Assembly: GCA_942490575.1 (NCBI GenBank)
Contig: CALNYA010000060.1
Span: forward strand, 1-32,000
Direction: 5' to 3'
Source of the DNA: an uncultured Verrucomicrobiota bacterium
GTDB lineage: Bacteria; Verrucomicrobiota; Verrucomicrobiia; Limisphaerales; CAIMTB01
DNA: 32,000 nucleotides
A program made the translations under genes and the position numbers. Numbering within the stretch: position 1 is the first letter of the stretch; each line of letters begins with the position of its first letter. Of the stretch, positions 16,011-23,263 are shown in pieces. Below the pieces are notes generated by a model. That model ran no database searches. It was not told where the DNA came from and worked only from the letters and a program-made list of their open reading frames with translations.

Positions 16011-17236
16011 TCGCGACCCGCCAGCTCGGTTTCGGAGGCGGCGTCGAAACCCATCTTCAGTCCGTCCTGCCGCTCCTTCACGCCGCCGGCCATTCCCTCG
16101 CCCTTCTTCACGAACAGTCCGCCCCCGAGGGCCTCGATCTCGTCCTCGAAAGCGCCCCGCCGATCCCGCGCATCGCCACGACGGGACGCCCGATCCGCGC
16201 CGTCCTCGCCGACGTTCAGGCCTTCGCCCCGGATTGGATCTACAACCATGGCCTCGACGACCCCAACCTCGAGGACCACCTGACCCGCCGGTTTCCGGCG
16301 CTCCTCTTCGCCCACAATTACTACGGGATCTGCGTCAGCGGCACCCGCTGCCACGCCGGCCGCGAAGTCATCCCGTGCCGGCGCGCGTTCGGCGCGGCGT
16401 GTCTCGCCGTCTACCTCCCCCTGCGCTGCGGGGGCCGAAACCCCTGGACCATGATCCAGCGCTACCGGATCGAGGCCCGCCGCCACGCCATCCTCCGGCG
16501 CTACGCGGCCATCCTCGTCGCCAGCCGGCATGTGGCGTCCCAGTTCGAACGGAACGGCATCGATCCCGCCCGGATCCATCGCGTGCCCCTCTTCCCACCC
16601 GGCGTCGTTCCCGCCCCCGCCCCGCCCGCGCCGAGACCGCCCACCGGCCGGGTTCTCTTCCTCGGCCGCGTCACTCCCCAGAAAGGCCTCGACCACCTCG
16701 TCCCCGCCCTCGTCCAGGCCCAGGCCAGCCTGGGTCGCCCGCTCCAACTCGTGGTCGCCGGCGACGGACCCGAACGGGACGGCCTTCTCGCCGTCGCGGA
16801 GCGGGATGGACTCGCCACCGAAGCGCTGGGGTGGATCACGCTCGCCCAGCGGAACCAGATCCTGGCCGGCATCGATCTCCTGGCGGTTCCCAGCACGTGG
16901 CCGGAGCCGTTCGGCCTTGTCGGGCTTGAAGCGGCCTGCCTCGGGGTTCCCTCCGCGGGCTACGCGTCCGGTGGAATCCCCGAGTGGCTACTACCCGGCG
17001 TGACCGGGGAATTGGCGACCGGGATTCCCCCAAAACCTGAATCGCTCGCCCGCGCCGTCGCGCGGGCCCTCGGGGACCCCGCGCATTGGCAGGCCCTGCG
17101 TCGAGGCGCCTGGGAACACGCCCGCGCCTGGACCCCCGAAGCCCACCTCGCCCGACTCCTCGGCGTGATCGCCTCCCTCACGGGTCGGGAGGAGGGGCGG
17201 CTTACCAGCCGCCCTCGGGCATCCGGCGGCTCGTAA
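15998..17236 (+). CDS. Glycosyltransferase family 4 (GT-B fold)
   Basis: ATG 15998 within track ORF 15749..17236; it overlaps the phoU end by 13 nt. The sequence reads MRLLVATRQLGFGGGVETH...VLFLGRVTPQKGLDHLV...LVVAGDGPE...DLLAVPSTWPEPFGLVGLEAACLGVPSAGYASGGIPEW. The last ~15 codons and the stop run into the REP-like hairpins at 17196-17242. Confidence 0.8.
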   Translation: MRLLVATRQLGFGGGVETHLQSVLPLLHAAGHSLALLHEQSAPEGLDLVLESAPPIPRIATTGRPIRAVLADVQAFAPDWIYNHGLDDPNLEDHLTRRFPALLFAHNYYGICVSGTRCHAGREVIPCRRAFGAACLAVYLPLRCGGRNPWTMIQRYRIEARRHAILRRYAAILVASRHVASQFERNGIDPARIHRVPLFPPGVVPAPAPPAPRPPTGRVLFLGRVTPQKGLDHLVPALVQAQASLGRPLQLVVAGDGPERDGLLAVAERDGLATEALGWITLAQRNQILAGIDLLAVPSTWPEPFGLVGLEAACLGVPSAGYASGGIPEWLLPGVTGELATGIPPKPESLARAVARALGDPAHWQALRRGAWEHARAWTPEAHLARLLGVIASLTGREEGRLTSRPRASGGS

Positions 17237-17242
17237 GCCGCC
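17196..17242. repeat. Two REP-like stem-loops of the same family as 9130-9317
   Basis: GGCGGCT-TACC-AGCCGCC at 17196-17213 is identical as an 18-mer to 9223-9240. GGCGGCT-CGTA-AGCCGCC lies at 17225-17242. They overlap the 3' end and stop codon of the GT4 gene. Confidence 0.7.
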
Positions 17243-17289
17243 GCTCCCGAGGCTGCGATTCGCACCAAACCCCCAACCGCCTCGGCCAA

Positions 17290-17374
17290 CAAAAGACCTG
17301 TCCCTTGGTCGTGCCTCCCTTCGCGATGGCAAGTTCCAGATCATGGCCGGGTGCCTGGGGCGAGGCGGAGCGCC
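17290..17374. repeat. Dispersed repeat element, copy 1 (conserved 36-nt core at 17339-17374)
   Basis: The core GATCATGGCCGGGTGCCTGGGGCGAGGCGGAGCGCC matches 25142-25177 at 35 of 36 positions in the same orientation. The roughly 50 nt to the left show weaker similarity to 25088-25141. The core supplies the last 10 codons (ALRLAPGTRP) and the stop of the minus-strand gene 17341..18867. Confidence 0.65.
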
Positions 17375-18867
17375 ATTTCGTAACCCGCATCCGCCAGAAG
17401 CTTCGGGAACCGCCGGACATTGTCGCGGTCCCATTGTTTCACGTCGTCTCCCAGCCTGGGATCATCCCACCCGACAAGATACGGGCTGCGTCGCTGGGCG
17501 GAATCGCGCGCTTCGGCGTGGTGCCAGCCCGACTGCAACCGCTCCACGACCCAGCGGCCGTGCTCCATTTCCGCCATTCGTTCGATCACCTCGTCGGAAA
17601 AACTGGGACATCGGATCGGTCCCGAGGCGGGACGCACCTCGTATCCGACCGACCTGAGGATGCTTCGCATGGAGTCGATCTGGTCGAGATTGGACTGCCG
17701 GAGATCCGGGTCGAGGTGCTCCCAGATCCGCATCGCCCGGTCCTGGTTCTTGTGACGGTTCTCTTCCAGGAATCGGGCGTGAATGAATCGCGCGAGCCGC
17801 TCCCGATCCTCCGGCCCCAAGCCGGAGGCCGTCGCATCCGGCGCGCCGCCGTGGATGAACGCGCGGACCGACATGGCGTCGTCGGGAAGGACGATGACTC
17901 CCTGGAACTCGTGGGCCTGGATCTCCTGTTCCAGGACGTCCGCCTCGCGGCCACTGGCGCGGACGATGGCGACCCGGGCGCCCAGGGCCCAAGCAAAGCG
18001 GTATTCGAGCGCGGCGATCGAACCGCCGTTGATGCCCAGGACGCGCACATCCTCCGGCGCGATGCCGGAATCGAGAATGTCGAGCCAGTATTGGATCGGT
18101 TCCAACGCGGAAAACCGGTCCCGGTGCTTGCCGTTCCGGAGTTCGTGATACCGTTCGTCCCGGGTGGCTGTACCGTTCGCCGGCAACGATTTCGGCAGGT
18201 AACCGATCGTGTGGATCCGGTCGACGCGGGATTCCCCCAGTTCACCCACCAGTCCACAGACTCCTTCCCGCGTGCCGCCTGAAATGAGGGTCCCCTCGAA
18301 ATCCGCGAACCCGCGTCGCAGCAGGTCGCGATACCCGTCGAGATCGCCTGTGCGCGCCGGGTCGCAGCCCCCCGCCACGATGACCACGGGTCCTTGGATC
18401 GGGGGCTTGTCGGCGGTCGCTCGCCGACGCACCTCCTCGAGGGACGCGGCGTCCGGGAAGCGCGCGGCCAGGGCCGCGACGAGAAACCGCTGGACGCATT
18501 GAACGTCGTGACGATGGGGATCCGCCGACCCCAGCAAGCTGGCGGTCTTGAGCGCCGAATCCAGAAAAGACCGGACTTGGGGCCGTTGAACCGCGCGGGC
18601 CAAGGCCGCCAGGCATTCCCATTCGTGCTCAGGGCCCAACAGCAACCGGAAAGCCGCGATCCGATAGATGGCCCACGGGATATTGACCCCGACCGCGATC
18701 TGGTCCTCGCAGGTCCGAATCGCCTCTTCGAGGCTCGGCTGAAGGAGCGGGACGAATCCGGTGTCCCGGTCGACCACGATCCGCTGGCGAACGTATCCGC
18801 CCAGAGCCGCCGGGTCGGACAGCTTTGTCCGAAACGCATCCTGGGAAAAGCGAGCATCGGGATTCAT
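17341..18867 (-). CDS. SLOG (LOG/LSDAT-like) domain protein with a C-terminal tandem RyR-domain module
   Basis: ORF 17341..18867, 508 aa. It has a helical N-region, then the Rossmannoid segment GPVVIVAGGCDP...GTLISGGTREGVCGLVGELGE...IGYLP...RVLGINGGSIAALEYRFAWALGARVAIVRASGREADVL. Two RyR-type repeats follow: RLARFIHARFLEEN...IWEHLDPDLRQSNLDQIDSMRSILRSVGYEV and ERMAEMEHGRWVVERLQSGWHHAEARD...SPYLVGWDDP...DVKQWDRDNVRRFPKLLADAGYEM. Domain calls are by eye from motif patterns. Confidence 0.7.
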   Translation of the reverse strand: MNPDARFSQDAFRTKLSDPAALGGYVRQRIVVDRDTGFVPLLQPSLEEAIRTCEDQIAVGVNIPWAIYRIAAFRLLLGPEHEWECLAALARAVQRPQVRSFLDSALKTASLLGSADPHRHDVQCVQRFLVAALAARFPDAASLEEVRRRATADKPPIQGPVVIVAGGCDPARTGDLDGYRDLLRRGFADFEGTLISGGTREGVCGLVGELGESRVDRIHTIGYLPKSLPANGTATRDERYHELRNGKHRDRFSALEPIQYWLDILDSGIAPEDVRVLGINGGSIAALEYRFAWALGARVAIVRASGREADVLEQEIQAHEFQGVIVLPDDAMSVRAFIHGGAPDATASGLGPEDRERLARFIHARFLEENRHKNQDRAMRIWEHLDPDLRQSNLDQIDSMRSILRSVGYEVRPASGPIRCPSFSDEVIERMAEMEHGRWVVERLQSGWHHAEARDSAQRRSPYLVGWDDPRLGDDVKQWDRDNVRRFPKLLADAGYEMALRLAPGTRP

Positions 18868-18949
18868 GATTTACCCGGAGCTTCCGCGACCGCTCGGCGG
18901 CGTCAATGGCGCAAGGCATGACCCGGCCGTCGTCCGAGGTCGACGCCGT

Positions 18950-21727
18950 TCAGCCCTCTTCGGCTCGGACGCGAGTCGCCGGAACAATCCGAAATCCGGC
19001 GGCATCCAGGTGGCGACCGATCGCGCGGACGGCTTCCCGGTCCTTCTCGCGGGCGGCTCCAAGCTCCTCCCACGGACGCAGGCAATCATGGATCCGCCGC
19101 CGGTCGTCGCGCTTCGGGCCGTACACCCAACCTTCGCGCCGCTTCTCGGCCATCCAGCGTTCGTGTTCCCGCCGCGCCAGAGGCTCCACCTGCCGGGCCG
19201 TCAACCGGATCGCGGCGCCCCTGGCGCCGATCCGCTCCTCGAACGTGAGTCCGATCGAGAGCAACTGCGCCGGAATCTGGTTCGCCTGACCTCGGTTCGA
19301 CTCCTTCACGTCTTCCGGAAGCTTGTCCCACCGCTGGTGCGTCCGCTTCTTCGGATCATAGGTCCGGTCCCGCCGCCGCGCCTTGAGGTAGATCTCGTGG
19401 ATCGCCCGGGCCACACGATCGACGTCGTTCCCGAACGGCGACGGATGCCGCGCGAGGCCGAGGAATTCCTGGGCCGGAGCGTGCATCGTGAGTTGGTCCG
19501 GCGCCGGCAGGCAGGACGCGTCCAGAGAGGGACGTCCGCTGAAGGAACTCATCTCCAGCAGCGCCACCAGCGAACGCACGCCATGCCGCGGATGAGACAC
19601 CTGCAGGAACGCCCGCAACACTCCCGTGTCGATGGGCACCCGTCCCGCCGGGTCCATCATCGCGGCCGCCTTGGTCTTCAACTGAAATCGCAGCACGAGG
19701 GCCCGCCGCAACAAGACCGCCACCGATCCTGGCAACCGGTCGTGCGCGATGTCGGGAACATCGACGTGCCCCCGCAGCCGGCTGACAAAGTCCGGCCCCT
19801 TGCAGTCACGGAACGCATCCGCCTGGGCGTCCTCCCTCCGCGAGGCCTTGGGCGCCGGCGCCCCCGAATCCGGGGCCGATCCACGGTGCGCCGGGAGCGG
19901 GCGGATGAATTCCGCGTAGGTGCCCGCCGTTCCACCCGCGAAGATGAACACCGCCTTCCCGATGGGGTGGGCGGCGCCTCGATCGATGAATTCCCCGTCC
20001 TGCATCGGCGCCAGAAAATAGCGCAGCCATCCCAACTTCTGACCACGCAGCGCGGCATCGAATTCGTCGAAGAACACCAAGGGCACCACCCCGCGCAGTC
20101 CCTGGTCCCGAACCAGGTGGAGCGCCGCCGCCAACTCCTCCGGGTCACCGAACTGCGACACGTTGAAGGTGAGGGTCTCGATGACCGTCTTCCCTCGCAC
20201 CGATTCGGCGACTTCCGAAACCGCGAAGGACTTGCCGGAGCCGGGCGGCCCGAAGACGGCGAGGCTCAGCGGGCGCTTCGCCGCGGGTCGTTCGAGGTAT
20301 TCCCGCAGCAGGTGGCTGATCGCCCGGTAGGTTTCGATCTCCGCCCGATCGTAGGTGCGCAGGTCGTGGAAGACGCCCAAGGGCGCCGCGCCGAGCGCCG
20401 CCGCGCGACCGGTTCGAACCAGATCCATCGCCACCTCCAACGCCGAGGCTCCGGCGGGTAGGAGTGTGTCGAGGATGGCCCAAGGCACGCCCGCGTCACG
20501 GCCCCCGGTCACGGCGGGAATCCGGAGAAAGGGGAAATCCGCGCGGGTGGTCCCCGCGAAAAGATCACGTCCCGGGTACGCCGGAGCTCGAATACTCCCG
20601 AAGCCGAGCTCGAGCAACCGGCGCCCGGCTCCCAACCCGCACCGGATGCCGTCCACGATCGCCGACGGCGGCTCGGCGTCGTCCGAAGTCGCCCACCCAC
20701 CGGCCTCACGCTCCGCCGCGGCCAGCCTTCCCGCCACCGCCGCCACGAACGCGGAACCGAACCCCACCATGCCCCCGCGCCGCCGGGCCAGGTGCCCGTG
20801 CAGGAACCCGCCTTCGATGCCCATGGGGTCGTAAACCAACCAGGCCTCGGGCAAGCGACGCGAACCCGAATTCATTCGATACACGGCCCCATCCAGACCG
20901 AAGCGGACGATCAGATGCCGGCACTCGTGAAGCGAGGCGAAGGTCGCGTTCCCCGCCAATTCGCGAACGAGATCCAGCGCGGTGCTTTCCCAGGAAAGCC
21001 CCCGGCTGACGATCGCCCCGGCGAAACGCAGATCGTCGGCATCGACGATCACGATCAAACGGTCGCCGTGGCGCCGGCAAACCTCGTTCCAAAGCGGGTT
21101 CGAATCGCGGAAGGTCGGGTCGGAAACATCCGAGACCGGCAACGGCCGGTGGAGCTTGTACACCACCCAAGGCTTCGCCCCCGGCGTTGTGAGGGCCTTC
21201 GGCCAAAGATCCCGCCGATGCCGAAAGCTGTTGCCCGTGTCGTCGAGCACCACGAGCCCGGCCTCGGGAACGTCTCCGGGAAGAGCGGGAGCGAGGCGGG
21301 GATCGCCAAGGTCCGGACCGGAATAGCCGTGCGCGCGCGCAAGGCGGGCGACGTCGCCGTCGGCCACGGCTTCCAGGATCGAATGCACCAGGTCCTGGCG
21401 CTTGAGGCCGGGCAGTTCCTCATCCGACAGCGGAAGGTCCGGCGCCCGAGTCCCGGACGGATCCACCGGCCGCGGGATGACAGGGCCGACAACGGATCGC
21501 CCTTCGCAGGCTTCGGCGACCCACCGCGACAGCAGCAGGGCGCCGCCCCGCAGGTGATGGGTCCGCGTTTCGCCGGTGAGACGCCAGTTGGGGATGACGG
21601 CGTCCGGGGATGACGGCCGCGGCATGGGCACGCCAACGACATCGAGACAGATGTCGCCGGCGACCACCACGGGAGAGGGGAGGGAAGGCGACGAGAGCGA
21701 GGACCGGCGGCTAGCAGGGTTGGGCAT
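18950..21727 (-). CDS. Multidomain protein: ribokinase/PfkB-like domain, AAA+ ATPase, C-terminal tandem RyR-domain module
   Basis: Track ORF 18950..21898. The likely start is the ATG at comp. 21725-21727 (MPNPASRR..., 925 aa), because the upstream 57 codons are Arg/His-rich junk. PfkB-like features are VVVAGDICLDVVG, LRGGALLL, LVVLDDTGN, LIVIVDADDL and GGMVGFGSAFVAAVAG. AAA+ features are Walker A AVFGPPGSGKSF (comp. about 20228-20251), Walker B VVPLVFFDEFD, FIFAGGT and DFVSRLRG. RyR repeats are VDRVARAIHEIYLKA...RWDKLPEDVKESNRGQANQIPAQLLSIGL and EPLARREHERWMAEKRREGWVYGPKRDD...HDCLRPWEELGAAREKDREAVRAIGRHLDAAGFRIV. Confidence 0.75.
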   Translation of the reverse strand: MPNPASRRSSLSSPSLPSPVVVAGDICLDVVGVPMPRPSSPDAVIPNWRLTGETRTHHLRGGALLLSRWVAEACEGRSVVGPVIPRPVDPSGTRAPDLPLSDEELPGLKRQDLVHSILEAVADGDVARLARAHGYSGPDLGDPRLAPALPGDVPEAGLVVLDDTGNSFRHRRDLWPKALTTPGAKPWVVYKLHRPLPVSDVSDPTFRDSNPLWNEVCRRHGDRLIVIVDADDLRFAGAIVSRGLSWESTALDLVRELAGNATFASLHECRHLIVRFGLDGAVYRMNSGSRRLPEAWLVYDPMGIEGGFLHGHLARRRGGMVGFGSAFVAAVAGRLAAAEREAGGWATSDDAEPPSAIVDGIRCGLGAGRRLLELGFGSIRAPAYPGRDLFAGTTRADFPFLRIPAVTGGRDAGVPWAILDTLLPAGASALEVAMDLVRTGRAAALGAAPLGVFHDLRTYDRAEIETYRAISHLLREYLERPAAKRPLSLAVFGPPGSGKSFAVSEVAESVRGKTVIETLTFNVSQFGDPEELAAALHLVRDQGLRGVVPLVFFDEFDAALRGQKLGWLRYFLAPMQDGEFIDRGAAHPIGKAVFIFAGGTAGTYAEFIRPLPAHRGSAPDSGAPAPKASRREDAQADAFRDCKGPDFVSRLRGHVDVPDIAHDRLPGSVAVLLRRALVLRFQLKTKAAAMMDPAGRVPIDTGVLRAFLQVSHPRHGVRSLVALLEMSSFSGRPSLDASCLPAPDQLTMHAPAQEFLGLARHPSPFGNDVDRVARAIHEIYLKARRRDRTYDPKKRTHQRWDKLPEDVKESNRGQANQIPAQLLSIGLTFEERIGARGAAIRLTARQVEPLARREHERWMAEKRREGWVYGPKRDDRRRIHDCLRPWEELGAAREKDREAVRAIGRHLDAAGFRIVPATRVRAEEG

Positions 21728-22127
21728 GGTCGAGGCGGACCATCGGTCCCTAGCAGATCCTGATCGGTGGCGGCAAGAATGAGCTCTTGGCTGCGAGAAC
21801 CATCGACCCACGATTGGACAGGCATCGAGCCCATGTATCGGTTCGCGCGGATGGATGCGCCGCTCCATGAGGAAGGGTTCGCGAGCCCGGGGGATCACGA
21901 ATCGTCCGCTGTCCTATCACGCCCAAGTCCCCCCGGGGAAGGAACGGCCTCGCGCCTCCAGCGAGGCCGCCTCCCCAAAATTTCGGGAATGGATCCCGGT
22001 CAGAGCGCTGAGGTCTGGGTGGGAAGCCCGGGCTTGAAAAGAAGGGGGCTCGCGCCCAACGTCCCGCGAGTGGATTCCCTACCCATCGCGGGCGTCTGGA
22101 ATACTCCACCGCGACAGCTCGAACCGC

Positions 22128-23255
22128 ATGTCCATGGCTGAGCGCCGGCGAATCCTGCTCGTCGACGATGACCCCGACATCCTGGAGTTGTACCGGGAAC
22201 TCCTCGGCGGCCTGCCTGATGCTCCGGATGTCCAAACGGCGGAATCCGGAGAAAAGGCCCTGGAACTGATCTCTTGCGAGGAATTCACCGCGTTTATCGT
22301 CGACCTGAGCATGCCCAAGATGAATGGGCTACAGCTCGTCGCGAAAGTTCGTGAACTGCGGCCCAGGTTGCCGGTCGCCGTGCTCACCGCGCTGGCGGAC
22401 CCAGAGTCCGAGCGTATCGCCACAGGACTAGGCGTTGATTGCTTTCTACAAAAGCCTTCCTCCTCCATTGATGTGGGACGGCTGCTGCGGTCCATCGAGT
22501 CACTCTTGACCCGACGTCCGCCCGGGCCAATCGAGCCGAAGTCCGAAGTCGCGCCGCGGCTGCCGAACTCGGCCCCGCCAGCCCACGAAGACCTTTATCC
22601 ATTCCTCATGGGCGGCCTCCTGCACAACGCGCTGAACACCCAGATGAGCCTCAACGGTCAGCTTGAAGTCCTTCAACGTTCCAGTCCCGGCGCTCCGATC
22701 AACGCCACGGCCCGGGCGCGTCTCCAAGCGCAGGTCTCCCATCTGGGGGCCTATTTGCGGCTGATGCAGGAGATTTCACGCGACTTTTATGCGGCCGACG
22801 AGGGATCTGGTTCCACCGAACAACTCGATGTGCTTTGCGAGGAGATTTCCAACCAACTGCCTCATGTCACTTGGGCTTTTTCGATCGGATCGGTCGACGA
22901 CCGCCCCCCTCTCCCCGCGGGATTGATGGCCTTTGTGGTCAGCGAACTGCTCCACAACGCGGGTCAGGCCTGCGGCCACCTGGGCGACCCGCGCGTGTCG
23001 CTGACCGTCGCGAACGACGGGCGGCAACGACTGACTCAAATCGAGTGCTCGGACAACGGCCCAGGCCTGCCAACCGGAATCCTGTCGGACATCCAACAAC
23101 AGCGCCTGCGCGCGCCGAAAACTGCCGGGACCGGCGGATACGGCCTGTTCCTCGTGCAGGAATTGACGACTCGGCTGAACGGACGTTTTCATGCGTTCAA
23201 TCCCGAGGACGGCGGGGCTTGCCTGCGGGTGCTGCTGCCCTGGGACGTGAAGTAG
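22128..23255 (+). CDS. Cytoplasmic hybrid receiver-histidine kinase (REC-DHp-HATPase_c)
   Basis: ORF 22128..23255. REC features are ILLVDDDPD, FIVDLSMPKMNG, VAVLTA and FLQKP. The H-box-like segment is LMGGLLHNALNTQMSL, the N-box is VSELLHNAGQA, G1 is DNGPGLP and G2 is GTGGYGLFLVQ. There is no TM segment or recognisable sensor domain other than REC. Confidence 0.85.
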   Translation: MSMAERRRILLVDDDPDILELYRELLGGLPDAPDVQTAESGEKALELISCEEFTAFIVDLSMPKMNGLQLVAKVRELRPRLPVAVLTALADPESERIATGLGVDCFLQKPSSSIDVGRLLRSIESLLTRRPPGPIEPKSEVAPRLPNSAPPAHEDLYPFLMGGLLHNALNTQMSLNGQLEVLQRSSPGAPINATARARLQAQVSHLGAYLRLMQEISRDFYAADEGSGSTEQLDVLCEEISNQLPHVTWAFSIGSVDDRPPLPAGLMAFVVSELLHNAGQACGHLGDPRVSLTVANDGRQRLTQIECSDNGPGLPTGILSDIQQQRLRAPKTAGTGGYGLFLVQELTTRLNGRFHAFNPEDGGACLRVLLPWDVK

Positions 23256-23263
23256 GAGCCATC

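Noticed and set aside
21728-21898. The N-terminal 57 codons of the 982-aa ORF (MIPRAREPFLMERRIHPREP...), and similarly the N-terminal extensions of the PiT, DUF47, CcdA, flavoprotein and NUDIX ORFs
   Set aside because: The upstream codons are Arg/His-rich with no domain content. Internal ATGs give proteins that begin at the expected family N-termini and fit the spacing to neighbouring stops. The NUDIX extension lies inside a repeat element.
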